In this document: positions 39,034 through 49,607 of the stretch, in pieces
How the letters are laid out: the number at the start of each line of letters is the position of its first letter
Position numbering within the stretch: the first letter of the stretch is position 1
NCBI GenBank assembly: GCA_038203255.1
Contig: JBBREE010000001.1
Coordinates: 31,882 to 95,881 of the forward strand
Length of the DNA: 64,000 nt
Origin: Candidatus Moraniibacteriota bacterium
GTDB lineage: Bacteria; Patescibacteriota; Minisyncoccia; Moranbacterales; UBA2206
Direction: 5' to 3'
The notes under the pieces: model-generated
Databases searched by the model: none
Seen by the model: the letters and a program-made list of their open reading frames with translations, nothing else
What the model was told of the DNA's origin: nothing
Position numbers and translations under genes: made by a program

Positions 39034-40278
39034 ATGCCACAGCATTTTGATACAATCGTCGTTGGAGGCGGACCATCGGGTATGATGGCCGCCCTGACCG
39101 CCAGTGAGAATGGCCAAAAAGTGGCCATCATTGAAAAAAATTCCTCACTCGGAAAGAAGTTGCTTCTCACCGGGAACGGTAGATGTAATTTGACCAATAT
39201 TTCCAATACTAATACCGAGTTTATGGAAAAGATTGGAAAGAGCGGTCGCTTTCTTTTTTCGTCTCTTTCTGATTTTGGGCCGAAAGAAACGATGGATTTT
39301 TTTGAGCAATCCGGTGTGCCCTTGAAAATTGAAAATAATGGGCGAGTTTTCCCAGTGAGTGATAAATCTCAAGATATCCTTAACGCACTCACTAAACTTT
39401 TACGAAAAAATAATGTAAGTATCCTGACCGGTCAAAATGTCACCGGTTTCGAAATGGAAAAAAATCTCATCGAGTGCGTGAAAGTCGGCGACCAAAAATT
39501 CTCCGCGAAAAATTTCATCTTGACCACCGGCGGAAAATCATTTCCGATGACTGGTTCAGCCGGCGAAAGTTATTTCTGGCTGGAAAAATTAGGGCATACC
39601 ATTAACCCTCCAACGCCAGCTTTAGTGCCCATTAAAACAAAAGAAGCTTGGGTTAAAAATTTACAAGGTATCAGCCTGGAAAAGGCAGAACTAAATCTTA
39701 TCCAGAAGAAGAAAAAGATTAAACTAGGCACCGGAGACATTGTCTTCACACATTTTGGTCTTTCCGGACCTACTGCTATAAATGCCAGTAAAGTTGTCGG
39801 GGAGTATCTTAAAAAAGGAGAAGTTTTTTTAAGTCTCGATCTCTTCCCTACTCTTAGTAAAGATGAATTGGAAGAAAAAATGAAAAAAGATTTTGGAACA
39901 TATCAAAAACTCAATTTGAAAACTTATTTAACCAAAAGTCTTCCGCAAAAAATGGCAGAGGAAATTTTAAAATTAGCCAAAATAGCGCCTGACGCAAAAA
40001 TCCAAACTATAACCAAAATAGAAAGAAGAGCTCTCAGCGAAATTCTTAAGAACTTGCGCTTGGAAGTATTTTCTCTCTTGGATTTTAACTCCGCCATGGT
40101 CACTAGTGGTGGCGTAAGCCTTAAAGAAGTCGACCCGAAAACTATGTGTTCGAAAATAGTGCCGAATTTGTTTTTCGCCGGTGAAATACTTGACCTCGAC
40201 GGCCCGACTGGTGGATACAATTTGCAAATTGCTTGGAGCACCGGAAGATTGGCTGGCGCAAAAACTTTAGCAAAATAA
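39034..40278 (+). CDS. HI0933-like FAD-dependent oxidoreductase (aminoacetone oxidase family flavoprotein)
   Basis: Dinucleotide fold DTIVVGGGPSGMMAAL...VAIIEKN and a C-terminal GEILDLDGPTGGYNLQ. Confidence 0.7.
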   Translation: MPQHFDTIVVGGGPSGMMAALTASENGQKVAIIEKNSSLGKKLLLTGNGRCNLTNISNTNTEFMEKIGKSGRFLFSSLSDFGPKETMDFFEQSGVPLKIENNGRVFPVSDKSQDILNALTKLLRKNNVSILTGQNVTGFEMEKNLIECVKVGDQKFSAKNFILTTGGKSFPMTGSAGESYFWLEKLGHTINPPTPALVPIKTKEAWVKNLQGISLEKAELNLIQKKKKIKLGTGDIVFTHFGLSGPTAINASKVVGEYLKKGEVFLSLDLFPTLSKDELEEKMKKDFGTYQKLNLKTYLTKSLPQKMAEEILKLAKIAPDAKIQTITKIERRALSEILKNLRLEVFSLLDFNSAMVTSGGVSLKEVDPKTMCSKIVPNLFFAGEILDLDGPTGGYNLQIAWSTGRLAGAKTLAK

Positions 40279-40398
40279 ACTTTCAACTTTGCAAACAAAA
40301 AACACCTCCTTTCTGGATGTGTTTTTTATATAAAAGAATAATACCTCGCTTCAGAATGTTTATGCTATACTTAGAAAGTAATTTTTAGAAACTTTTTT

Positions 40399-41583
40399 AT
40401 GTCCGTACATCACAACAGCCACCACATGCATCATTTTCTAAAAAACAAGGAAATGAACGAGATGTATCTATCTTATGGTATTTTCAATTTCGCCCTTGGT
40501 CTCATTTCTGTTTTCATCCCAATCTATCTGTATAAAATTGGATATTCTATCCCGATGATTTTATTTTTCTTTTTCCTTAATTCCGTGGCTTTCGTAGCCT
40601 TTTCCTATGTGGGCGTGAAAATTGTTTCTCGCATCGGCGTGAAACACTCAATGCTTCTAGCCAGTCCAATGCTCATTCTCTTTCTTTTGGGCATGCAATT
40701 CATCGAAGCTTGGCCGATTTTATTTTATATTTTGCCAATCCTGCGCGCTTTCAAAATGATCCTTTATAATTATAGTTTTCATTTAAATTTTCTCCGCCAC
40801 TCAGATAAGAAAGATCGTGGCAAGGAAGTTTCTATGATCCAAGCCAGCGCAGTCATCGCCGGCATCTGCTCTCCTTTTATTGGCGGACTAATTTTGCACT
40901 TCGCCAATTTTTCTGCCCTTTTCATCGTTGGCGCCGTATGTATTTTTTTGGCTATGATTCCCCTTTTCCTGACCAAAGATATTTATGAACCGATTTCTTT
41001 TGGCAAAGGCAATCTTTTCTCCGGAATTTTCAAAAGAAAAAACCTACCCCTTATCGCCACCTTCTCCGGTTATGCTATTGAATCCTGGATCGGCATCATC
41101 ATCTGGCCAATTTTCCTTTATCTCCTTTTTTCAAATTTCGAAGCGGTCGGCAACATTACCTCACTGACTGCTTTTATCACGCTCCTTATATTCTACTTTG
41201 TTGGAAAAATAACAGACAAGAAAGACAGGCGCTCTCTTTTGCTCTTTGGAACAATACTCTATTTTTTCGGCTGGATAGGTAGAATTTTTATCACCGGACT
41301 AAGCTCGGTGCTCATTATAGATTCATATAAAAATGTTACCCAACAAATTCTTTTTGTTCCTTGGTCGGCCTATTCCTATGATCTGGCAGCTCAGCGCGAT
41401 TATTTCAAATTCATTGTGAGACGCGAAGTAGTTTTTAACTTAAGTCGAGTTTTAGTCTTGCCTATTTTATCCCTAATCTTCTATATAAATTTCCACGCCT
41501 TCACTCTCTCCTTTATTCTTGCCGCTCTCTCAAGCCTTTTCTACATCTCCCTAGGAGAAAAAAGTCTCATCCGAGAAACTTAA
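40399..41583 (+). CDS. MFS transporter
   Basis: About 12 predicted TM helices in a 6+6 arrangement. Confidence 0.6.
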   Translation: MSVHHNSHHMHHFLKNKEMNEMYLSYGIFNFALGLISVFIPIYLYKIGYSIPMILFFFFLNSVAFVAFSYVGVKIVSRIGVKHSMLLASPMLILFLLGMQFIEAWPILFYILPILRAFKMILYNYSFHLNFLRHSDKKDRGKEVSMIQASAVIAGICSPFIGGLILHFANFSALFIVGAVCIFLAMIPLFLTKDIYEPISFGKGNLFSGIFKRKNLPLIATFSGYAIESWIGIIIWPIFLYLLFSNFEAVGNITSLTAFITLLIFYFVGKITDKKDRRSLLLFGTILYFFGWIGRIFITGLSSVLIIDSYKNVTQQILFVPWSAYSYDLAAQRDYFKFIVRREVVFNLSRVLVLPILSLIFYINFHAFTLSFILAALSSLFYISLGEKSLIRET

Positions 41584-41606
41584 TTTTAAAATATCACTTG
41601 TTATTT

Positions 41607-42002
41607 TTACTTCTGACAAGCCTCACATCGACAGCCATAAGGTTTGATATATTCATCAAAATATTCTTTGCCATAATTATAATTCAATTCTTCCCCAGCT
41701 CGGATGCGTTTTTTAGCGTAGATAAAAATCCTTTGCCCTCCGATTCTCGCCTCGCAATTCGGTCGACAACTATGATTAATGTAACGACTTATATTTGTTC
41801 GCTTAGACCCGTCAATACTAAAACGAGAGTTAAGCGCAAAGATATATTTGCTATTCTTTTGATCGGCAATTGAGTTAGGTAATTTTTCTCCAGTATACTC
41901 AATTACTAAATCGCCCTTTTTAAAATCCACCGCAGAAAACAAACCTAACCCACTCCCCGACCTTTTCACTAAAAATTTTTTCTTCTCCATATTTTTTCTC
42001 AT
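41607..42002 (-). CDS. SET-domain protein (putative protein lysine methyltransferase)
   Basis: GLGLFS, the NHSCRPNC SET signature, ELNYNYG, and a post-SET Cys cluster CRCEAC. Confidence 0.75.
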   Translation of the reverse strand: MRKNMEKKKFLVKRSGSGLGLFSAVDFKKGDLVIEYTGEKLPNSIADQKNSKYIFALNSRFSIDGSKRTNISRYINHSCRPNCEARIGGQRIFIYAKKRIRAGEELNYNYGKEYFDEYIKPYGCRCEACQK

Positions 42003-42126
42003 TCTATGATTAAATAGCGTTTTTCTAGTCTATAGACCTTTTTGTCATCAGTCAAATCTGAATTTAACACATCTATTTTTTTGGACTATAATGTAGATAT
42101 AATAGAAAATTTTATTCCTCAATAAT

Positions 42127-44493
42127 ATGATCTACCCGGAACTAAGCTCCCAAGAAGCAAAAAAACGTTTGGAAAAATTCGGCTTCAATGAAATTAAGGA
42201 AAAAAAACCAAATGCTGCCCTTAAATTTTTTCGCTGGTTAATTTCACCCATCGCCCTGATGCTTCTAGCCGCGGCCCTCCTTTCACTTTTTATCGGAAAA
42301 GATTTTGATTTCTATTTCATTCTAACTCTGATGCTGATTAATTTTTTCGTAGGGTTTTGGCAAGAAAAAAAAGCTGACAATGCCATTAAAAAATTACGCG
42401 AGAAACTGGCCGTACAAGTAACAGTTTTGCGAGACGGTCATTGGCATTTCATCGCTTCACGCCTCATTGTTCCGGGCGACGTCATCGAACTCAATTTGGG
42501 TGACATCATCCCAGCCGACATCAAAATTCTGGAAGGGAAAAATCTCAGTATTAATGAAGCCGCCTTGACTGGAGAATCTCTGCCGAAAGATAAAAATGTC
42601 GGAGACGGATGTTATTCCGGATCTTTTATCGCTTCCGGCTGGGGACGCGCAAGTGTTGAAAAAACCGGCAGTGAAACGTATTTTGGACATATTCTCATTT
42701 CTATGGACACCAGTTATAAACGCAGTATCCTAGAACAAGATATCTTAAATATCTCTAAATTTCTTTCTATTTTAAGCTTTATTTCTGTCCTTCTTTTAAC
42801 TATTATTTTCCTTATCCAAGGGAAGCCCTTCTTAGAGCTTTTAACTCTTGACCTCAGCCTTATTATCGCCGGCATTCCGATTAGCCTTCCAACTATTATG
42901 ACTCTCATTATTAGTTTTGGCGTCCTTGGATTAGCTAAGAAAAAAACTGTCGTGCGCCGCCTTTCTGCCCTGGAAGATCTGGCCAACGTCACAATGTTGC
43001 TTTCAGATAAGACAGGTACGCTTACTAAAAATGAAATCGGCATTGAAAAAATAGTCTCTTACAATAATTATACTGAAAATGATATCGTAAATTTCTCTGC
43101 CTTAACCACCCGAAGGCACGACAAAAACGCCATTAGCCAAGCTATTTTGCAAAAAAGAAAGAGTCTCAAGTTGGAAAATGATTATACCGTCATTGATTTT
43201 CTGCCTTTCAACTCTAATCGTAAAAGAAGTACTACCTTGGCTGAAAATTCTTCCGGTAGAATACTCATCTCCGCCGGAGCCGCCCAAATCATTGAAAGTT
43301 TTTGCCAAATTGATGAGAACACTAAGAAAAAACTAGACCAGGATGTCCGTGATGCAGCGCAAGGAGGATACCGCACTATTATGGTCGCGGTCAAAAAAAC
43401 TGACAGAGAAAATGACGAGAGCGATATGACTTTGGCCGGGATGCTACTTTTCTCAGACACTTTGGAAAAAGGCGTCAAGAGCACTATAGAATTCATCAAA
43501 AAAAATGGCATCGAGGTAAAAATGCTCACTGGAGATAATCATGCTATCGCCGAAAGAGTAGCTCATGATTTAGGCCTCAATGGAAACGTGGTTAGTCGGG
43601 CGTCCGCTCCCGGTGGAGATTATAAACATTTAACCCCGGAGGAATTTAGACGTATTGGAGTGTTTTCTGAAATTTTGCCAGAGGACAAAGCCGATTTGGT
43701 TTTAGCCGCGAAAAATAGTGGCTACATCGTGGCAGTGACCGGCGACGGCGTTAATGACTTGCCGGCTCTCAAAACCGCCAACGTCGGTATTGCTGTTAAA
43801 AACGCCGTAGACACCTTGAAAAGTGCCGCAGATCTTACCCTCTTTTCCAGTGGAATTTCTGTCATTCAGGATGCTATTTTAGAATCGCGCAAAATCTTTG
43901 CCAGGCTCTATGCCTATTCAGTTTACCGTATCTCGGAAAGTTTCCGTGTCATTGTAACCATTACTCTTTTAGGCTTAGTATATAACACCTATCCCCTCAC
44001 CCCCATTCAACTCATCATTCTAGCTCTTCTTAATGATATTCCCATCATCTCTTTGGCTTTTAATCGCGTACGCGTCGCCACTAAACCGTCTGCCATCGAC
44101 GCTAAAGAACGAATAAAATATAGCCTTGCTTTCGGGATGGTCGGAGTGGTGAACAGTTTCCTCTTTTTCTTTTTAGCTAAAAATATTTTCCATTTGGATT
44201 GGGAAGTTTTGCAAACACTTTTCTTTTTAAAGCTAACCATCTCCGGCCATATGCTCATCTACGTCGCCCACACCAAAGAGCGCTGGTGGAAATTTTTGCC
44301 AAGCCGAGAAGTTATCTGGGCCACCTCCACCACTCAACTCGTCGGGACTGCTATGGCATATTTCGGACTACTTATGAACAAAGCTCCGCTCTCTTGGATA
44401 ATTTTTATCTGGATCTGGGCTTTAGCCTGGACGCAAGTCTCAGAACTGATGAAATTCATACTAGAGAAAAAATTCGCGCCAAAATCCAACTAA
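42127..44493 (+). CDS. cation-transporting P-type ATPase (P2/P3-type, H+/Mg2+-like)
   Basis: DKTGTLT phosphorylation motif, TGES actuator, VTGDGVNDLPALKTANVGIAV hinge, and 10 TM. Confidence 0.8.
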   Translation: MIYPELSSQEAKKRLEKFGFNEIKEKKPNAALKFFRWLISPIALMLLAAALLSLFIGKDFDFYFILTLMLINFFVGFWQEKKADNAIKKLREKLAVQVTVLRDGHWHFIASRLIVPGDVIELNLGDIIPADIKILEGKNLSINEAALTGESLPKDKNVGDGCYSGSFIASGWGRASVEKTGSETYFGHILISMDTSYKRSILEQDILNISKFLSILSFISVLLLTIIFLIQGKPFLELLTLDLSLIIAGIPISLPTIMTLIISFGVLGLAKKKTVVRRLSALEDLANVTMLLSDKTGTLTKNEIGIEKIVSYNNYTENDIVNFSALTTRRHDKNAISQAILQKRKSLKLENDYTVIDFLPFNSNRKRSTTLAENSSGRILISAGAAQIIESFCQIDENTKKKLDQDVRDAAQGGYRTIMVAVKKTDRENDESDMTLAGMLLFSDTLEKGVKSTIEFIKKNGIEVKMLTGDNHAIAERVAHDLGLNGNVVSRASAPGGDYKHLTPEEFRRIGVFSEILPEDKADLVLAAKNSGYIVAVTGDGVNDLPALKTANVGIAVKNAVDTLKSAADLTLFSSGISVIQDAILESRKIFARLYAYSVYRISESFRVIVTITLLGLVYNTYPLTPIQLIILALLNDIPIISLAFNRVRVATKPSAIDAKERIKYSLAFGMVGVVNSFLFFFLAKNIFHLDWEVLQTLFFLKLTISGHMLIYVAHTKERWWKFLPSREVIWATSTTQLVGTAMAYFGLLMNKAPLSWIIFIWIWALAWTQVSELMKFILEKKFAPKSN

Positions 44494-44556
44494 GCACTTG
44501 CATTTTAGCAAAAAATATGCTATAATGGATATATAGTAGAAATTAGAAAACGGGTG

Positions 44557-44588
44557 ATTTCCCGTTTTTTTGTTTTAATAAAAGGATA
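44557..44588 (+). terminator. rho-independent terminator
   Basis: aaaacgggtgatttcccgtttttttg. Confidence 0.6.
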
Positions 44589-44615
44589 ATAAGCCTATAA
44601 TTCAGGCTAAAAAGT

Positions 44616-45206
44616 ATGTTTTCTCTCACTTATATCAAAAATACTCGCTTTTCATTACATTCCAGAAAAATGTTCCTTTTGGGGCTTATCGCCTTTGTTT
44701 TTATGTTAGATCTTTCCGTGATGAATTCTGATATGAAATTTTCCAAAGATATGTCCCACTCCGTTATGGTTAAATACGCCCCTCAAGTTTCTTGGGTCAA
44801 AAAAGCGCGCGCGATGGTCAAAGACACCCCAATGGAAAAAATGGTGCCTTATCTTTCTTCTCAAAATGAAGATACGACAGCTTTCCTCGTGAGTGTCGCC
44901 AAAAAAGAAAGCAATTGGGGCAAACGTTCTCCCAAATTGGACGGACGCGACTGTTATAATTACTGGGGATATATGGGTCACACCGGAAGCGAAACTCCCA
45001 GTGGTTTCACTTGTTTTGACACACCTCAAGAGGCCATTAGGATAGTGGGGGCTCGTTTCGACAATTTAATTAATGAGCAAGAACTAGATACCCCGCAAAA
45101 AATGGTGGTTTGGAAATGTGGCTTCGATTGTTCCTGGGACAATCCGGTGGCCGTTAAAAAATGGATCAAAGACGTCAATCACTATTACCAAAAATTTTAC
45201 GAATAA
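44616..45206 (+). CDS. hypothetical secreted/membrane-anchored protein (possible lysozyme-like fold, weak)
   Basis: N-terminal TM/signal. SVAKKESNWGK is vaguely like the ESGWG segment of glucosaminidase-type domains; several conserved Cys and Trp residues. Confidence 0.3.
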   Translation: MFSLTYIKNTRFSLHSRKMFLLGLIAFVFMLDLSVMNSDMKFSKDMSHSVMVKYAPQVSWVKKARAMVKDTPMEKMVPYLSSQNEDTTAFLVSVAKKESNWGKRSPKLDGRDCYNYWGYMGHTGSETPSGFTCFDTPQEAIRIVGARFDNLINEQELDTPQKMVVWKCGFDCSWDNPVAVKKWIKDVNHYYQKFYE

Positions 45207-45221
45207 AAATAGATCATAAAA

Positions 45222-45264
45222 AAACTGTCCTGACAAAATCAGGACAGTTTTTTATTGAAAAAAT
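45222..45264. terminator. bidirectional terminator between convergent genes
   Basis: aaaaaaactgtcctgacaaaatcaggacagttttttatt. Confidence 0.6.
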
Positions 45265-45269
45265 AAAAA

Positions 45270-47486
45270 TCATCTCCAATTAATCCTGAGACTATTCAAA
45301 ACCACCGACACCGAGCTAAAGGCCATGGCTCCGGCGGCGATTTCCGGACTGAGGAGTCCGAAAGCGGCCAAGGGAATGGCGATGATGTTGTAGAAAAAAG
45401 CCCAGAATAAGTTTTGCCTAATAGTCTTAAAAGTAAGCTTGGAAAGCTTAATGGCTTCCAGAACTTTCTCCAAATTGTTTTGCATCAAAATTATTTGCCC
45501 GGCGTCTTTGGCGATATCCGCGGCGCTCCCCATAGCAATGCCGAGATCAGCTTGCACGAGAGACGGTGCGTCGTTGATTCCATCGCCCACAAAAACAATT
45601 TTTTCTCCTTCGTCCTGAAGTTTTTTAATCGCCTCCGCCTTTCCGCCAGGCAAAATTTCCGCCAAGACTTTTTCAATTCCCAATTCTTTCCCCACTGCTT
45701 CGGCCGTACGCATATTGTCTCCGCTAATCATAGCCACTTTTAGTCCCATTTTCTTAAGCCCTTGAATGACGGACACGGATTCCTTCCTGATTTGGTCGGC
45801 AATAATTAAAACACCCACTACCTCTTGACCATGAGAAACAAAGAGTCTGGTGCCACCTCGAAGGGATTCATCTTCCAAGATAGATTGAGCCCAGACAGTA
45901 TCTAGTTTATTCTTTTTTAACATTTTTATATTACCTACAACAATTCTGGTTTTATGTGTGGCGCAAACCGCTCGCATTCCCATCCCGCGTACTTCTTCAA
46001 AATCATTCAAACTAGCCAACTCTATTTTCTTATCTTTAGCACGTTTTCCAACTGCTTGAGAAAGTGGGTGTTCTGAATATATAGCTAAAGAAGCGGCTAA
46101 TTTAAGTATCTTCTCTTTCTTAAAATCAAACTTTGGGTTCACGATAATCTCCTCCACTTCCGGCTTCCCTTCGGTTAAAGTCCCGGTTTTATCAAAGGCA
46201 ACTAAGGTGATATTTTTCGCTCTTTCAAAACTCTCTCCGTTTTTAAACAAAATTCCATTTTTGGCGCCACGTCCGGTTCCTACCATAATAGCGGTAGGCG
46301 TAGCCAGACCCAGTGCGCAAGGGCAAGCAATTACCAAAACCGCCACTGCATTAATAATTGACACGGAAAAATTTTGCGAAAAAAGATAGGTCAAAACGAA
46401 AGTTACAAAAGCAATCGCAATAACAACCGGCACGAAAACTCCGGAAATCCTATCTGCCAATTTTTGAATAGGGGCTTTTGAACCTTGCGCCTCCTCTACG
46501 GCACGGATAATTTGAGCCAAAGCCGTCTCTTCTCCAACCTGCGTCACCTTAATTTTTATAATTCCATCAAGACTCAGCGTGGCACCATACGCTTTTGCAC
46601 CCACGCTCTTTTCTACTGGCATTGATTCGCCAGTAAGCATTGCTTCGTCCACCATCGATCGACCTTCAACCACTTCACCGTCTAAAGGAATTTTTTCACC
46701 AGGCTTCACTAGAAGAATATCCCCTACTCTTACCTTATCTAGCTCTATCTCTTTTTCTCCTTGTCCCGAAACCAAGCGCGCTTTTTTCACGGAAAGTTCC
46801 ATGAGTTTTTGCATCGCTTCTCCGGCGCGCCCGGTACTCAGCGCCTCAAAATATTTTCCCAGAAGAATGAGAGTTACAATCAGCGCCGAAGACTCAAAAT
46901 AGGACGCTTCACCGTGAAAAACGGCCCATAGACTGTAAAAATAGGCGATGAGAGTGCCCATTGAGACCAAAGTGTCCATATTGGCCCTTATTCTTTTAAG
47001 TTGCTTAAAAGCCATTTTGTGGAAGCGAGCACCAAAGTAGAAAACCACAATTGTGGCCAAAATAATATTCAGCCACGTGGACGATTCCAGCCCAAAAATC
47101 ATAAAGCCAAAGCTAAATTTAAAAAACATCCCCAGAAAAAGTGGCAAACTCAAAACCCCCGACCACACAAAATCTCTTAAGTTTTTACTCGCCTCTCCCG
47201 CTTCGTGATGATGATTATGCATTTCAGCATCATCAGTGTCATTTGAAATTTGTAATTTGGATTTTGAAATTTCTTCTTCTATATCATACCCATTATCCAC
47301 CACCACTTTTTTAACCTGCTCCTCGCTCAATTTTTCAGCATCATATTCCACATACGCTTTTTTAGACGCAAAATTAACCGTTGCCGAAACAATCCCTTCG
47401 GATTTTGTCAGAGCTTTTTCATTATTCAAGGCACAACTGGCACAAGTCATCCCGGTTATTTTGAAAATTATTTTTTGCTTATGCAT
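45270..47486 (-). CDS. copA: copper-translocating P1B-type ATPase
   Basis: N-terminal HMA domain GMTCASCA, His-rich stretch, CPC motif ([11 protein letters not shown]), DKTGTLT, and [10 protein letters not shown]. Confidence 0.9.
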   Translation of the reverse strand: MHKQKIIFKITGMTCASCALNNEKALTKSEGIVSATVNFASKKAYVEYDAEKLSEEQVKKVVVDNGYDIEEEISKSKLQISNDTDDAEMHNHHHEAGEASKNLRDFVWSGVLSLPLFLGMFFKFSFGFMIFGLESSTWLNIILATIVVFYFGARFHKMAFKQLKRIRANMDTLVSMGTLIAYFYSLWAVFHGEASYFESSALIVTLILLGKYFEALSTGRAGEAMQKLMELSVKKARLVSGQGEKEIELDKVRVGDILLVKPGEKIPLDGEVVEGRSMVDEAMLTGESMPVEKSVGAKAYGATLSLDGIIKIKVTQVGEETALAQIIRAVEEAQGSKAPIQKLADRISGVFVPVVIAIAFVTFVLTYLFSQNFSVSIINAVAVLVIACPCALGLATPTAIMVGTGRGAKNGILFKNGESFERAKNITLVAFDKTGTLTEGKPEVEEIIVNPKFDFKKEKILKLAASLAIYSEHPLSQAVGKRAKDKKIELASLNDFEEVRGMGMRAVCATHKTRIVVGNIKMLKKNKLDTVWAQSILEDESLRGGTRLFVSHGQEVVGVLIIADQIRKESVSVIQGLKKMGLKVAMISGDNMRTAEAVGKELGIEKVLAEILPGGKAEAIKKLQDEGEKIVFVGDGINDAPSLVQADLGIAMGSAADIAKDAGQIILMQNNLEKVLEAIKLSKLTFKTIRQNLFWAFFYNIIAIPLAAFGLLSPEIAAGAMAFSSVSVVLNSLRINWR

Positions 47487-47490
47487 AAAA

Positions 47491-47757
47491 TTATTTACTC
47501 AATTTATTTATTTCCAAAATTTCACCAATCATTTCTTTTTTTCGCCTTTCATTAGTGCCTCGCATTGCCGCCGCAAAGCAACTATTAAGATGACCTTCTA
47601 AAATCCTAGCGTTAGCCGCCTTTAAAAGTCCCATCACCGCCAAGTTTTGTTGCAAAATATCGATGCAATACTCCTGATTCGTAGCCATCCCAATCACCCG
47701 CCCCAAATGACTATGAGCTTTTTTTAACGCTATAATAGTCTTTTTATCCTCTCCCAT
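47491..47757 (-). CDS. csoR: CsoR/RcnR-family metal-sensing repressor
   Basis: 88 aa four-helix protein with conserved C...H...C positions (YCIDIL...GHLNSC). Immediately upstream of copA. Confidence 0.75.
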   Translation of the reverse strand: MGEDKKTIIALKKAHSHLGRVIGMATNQEYCIDILQQNLAVMGLLKAANARILEGHLNSCFAAAMRGTNERRKKEMIGEILEINKLSK

Positions 47758-47821
47758 ATTTTTTTAAAATTTATTATTTATAATTTTTGACATTTGAAAT
47801 TTGGATTTTGATATTTATAAC

Positions 47822-47840
47822 ATACCTCCCCCCCAGGTAT
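47822..47840 (-). promoter_or_regulatory. CsoR-type operator ATACCT-C7-AGGTAT upstream of the csoR-copA operon
   Basis: A pseudo-palindrome with a central poly-C/G tract is the hallmark of CsoR operators. Located about 65 nt upstream of the csoR start. Confidence 0.5.
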
Positions 47841-47950
47841 ACCCATTTTACTCTCCCCTTAAAAAATTGTCAAACAAAAATAAAAAGCCTTCCGAAAAAG
47901 GCTTAGCGGGAACTTAAAATCTTAAGTTGCTACTTAAAATTTTAAATTTG

Positions 47951-47990
47951 GCAGAAGCAAAAATATAACGTGGCATATTTTTGCTTCTGC
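47951..47990 (-). terminator. 15-bp stem hairpin terminator (gcagaagcaaaaata/tatttttgcttctgc)
   Basis: Perfect inverted repeat, followed on the minus strand by an A/T-rich run, directly 3' of the small minus-strand ORF ending at 48013. Confidence 0.55.
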
Positions 47991-48012
47991 ATTTTCGAAA
48001 CCTATCGGGTAG

Positions 48013-48188
48013 CTAAAATCCTGAATCGCTCCTCCGTCTAGCCTCCGCTCTTTGTTTTTGTCCCTGTAATTCATACCATTCAGCCGTATATGGCCTAGGT
48101 GTCTTGTTCTGCGGAGTTACTATCACGGCTCTTGTTTCTCCATCAGCCATCTTGACGACGATAGTAGTTCCTTTCTTTCCAGCATTCA
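48013..48188 (-). CDS. hypothetical small protein (58 aa)
   Basis: MNAGKKGTTIVVKMADGETRAVIVTPQNKTPRPYTAEWYELQGQKQRAEARRRSDSGF. Ribosome-binding site GAGGTGA 5 nt before the ATG; terminator hairpin downstream. Below the ORF-track size cutoff. Confidence 0.35.
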
Positions 48189-48450
48189 TATCTCACCTCA
48201 TCTTGTTTGTGTTTTTAATTATTCATTTGAATAATCATTGAAAGAACAAAAAAAACCAGCCCCTTATGAGACCGGTTTATTTTTATCAAGAAGATTTACA
48301 TATTCTTAGCAAAAACAAAGCGACCTCGCTGGCTAAACCAGAAAGTAAAGCTATAATAGAATGTTTTTGTTACGTTTTTTATCATACATCCATTTTAAAC
48401 TACGAGTTGAAAAGTGTCAAATCATAGGCTAAAAAAATGTCTACACCAAG

Positions 48451-48486
48451 CTAAGGTTCAGCTTGGTGTAGGAAAAAATTTATCTT
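48451..48486 (-). terminator. 12-bp perfect hairpin + T-run terminator
   Basis: ctacaccaagct-aaggttc-agcttggtgtag. On the minus strand it is followed by attttttt. Confidence 0.55.
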
Positions 48487-48701
48487 TCAGACAATACGGT
48501 GTTAACATCGACAATATCACCTGGAAGATTCATTACAGAGAGAGCAGTAACGCCATTATCATTACAGCGAGTCTTAGCGGAGCTGGAAAATTCTCCCTCA
48601 AGAGGACATCTTCCGACTGCTTTTCTATTCCTGCATCTACGGCTTGATTCTACTCTATTACAATTATATCGGCTTCCTTTCATTTCTTTCCCTCTCGCTA
48701 T

Positions 48702-48962
48702 CTAAATATTTAGGTAAAGTTTTGCCTTCTCCTCTGTTACGGCATAAAATTCACAGAAGAAGACTCTTGCGCCAGATACCGCCACTACTTTGACAAGCCC
48801 GCTTTCAGATAAGCGAATATCCACATTTCTCGCAGATATTTCCTTATTCGTGATTTTTTCACGAAAAGAACTGACCCCAATTTCATTCCAGTTACAAAAT
48901 CTCTTTACGCATTGTTTAGAAATTTTCTCTAATAAATGCATAATTTTTTTCAAAAAAGACAC
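48702..48962 (-). CDS. hypothetical small protein (86 aa)
   Basis: ORF between the 49038 gene and the terminator at 48451; no family recognised. An overlapping plus-strand ORF, 48790-49092, cannot be excluded. Confidence 0.25.
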   Translation of the reverse strand: MSFLKKIMHLLEKISKQCVKRFCNWNEIGVSSFREKITNKEISARNVDIRLSESGLVKVVAVSGARVFFCEFYAVTEEKAKLYLNI

Positions 48963-49037
48963 TTTCCCCTCCTTTTATTTAGAGCTTTCTTCAAAAAATT
49001 ATTTATATGCTTACGACATCTTACCTTTTCTTTTATC

Positions 49038-49298
49038 CTATTTTGATTTTTTTCTGACAACTGTGTATCCGCAAGAACCGCACTTTTTGTGAAGTTCAAA
49101 GAACACTCTCGTCCTACCTATATAAGCTCCATAAATCCCGTCCTCAATTTTTATCGCTCCAGTCTTGAAAATACTAGTGTGTAATTCAATGATTGACGCG
49201 TAATAGGATATGGAAGTTTTTCCGTCATCAGTGACGAAAAAGGCTCTTCCGGCTTCTTTCTCTATGTCATGAGTTTTTCCAAATTCTATTTTTCTAGA
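49038..49298 (-). CDS. hypothetical small protein with C-terminal CGSCG zinc-ribbon-like motif (86 aa)
   Basis: ATG at 49298 preceded by AAAGAGG. MSRKIEFGKTHDIEKEAGRAFFVTDDGK...HKKCGSCGYTVVRKKSK. Confidence 0.4.
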   Translation of the reverse strand, partial: SRKIEFGKTHDIEKEAGRAFFVTDDGKTSISYYASIIELHTSIFKTGAIKIEDGIYGAYIGRTRVFFELHKKCGSCGYTVVRKKSK

Positions 49299-49607
49299 CA
49301 TAATCAACCTCTTTATTATAGTTGTTACCAAAATTAAGAGATAAGCACCGAATAAAATTGTTTTATAAAAGAACAAAAAACGATAAAAAAAGACCGGCTA
49401 CCCTGGGGTGACCGGCTCGTTGTTGTTGGTAATTTTTTCTCCTTAAGCCCTATTACCCGCAAAAACAAACTGGCCACCTTGACGCAAGGTCAAGACCAGC
49501 TTATTAATCAAAACGAAAGTTTTGCGAGTAACGTTATTATTCATAGCCTCATCCTAAGCCATTATCTGTTTTTTGTCAATAAGCCAAAATTTGAGCTGTG
49601 GATAACT

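Noticed and set aside
47245-47812. 21-nt motif catttgaaatttggattttga shared between the csoR upstream region and the copA coding region as a regulatory site
   Set aside because: It is an AT-rich low-complexity sequence in an AT-rich genome. Two copies could arise by chance, so it is mentioned only as a weak note.
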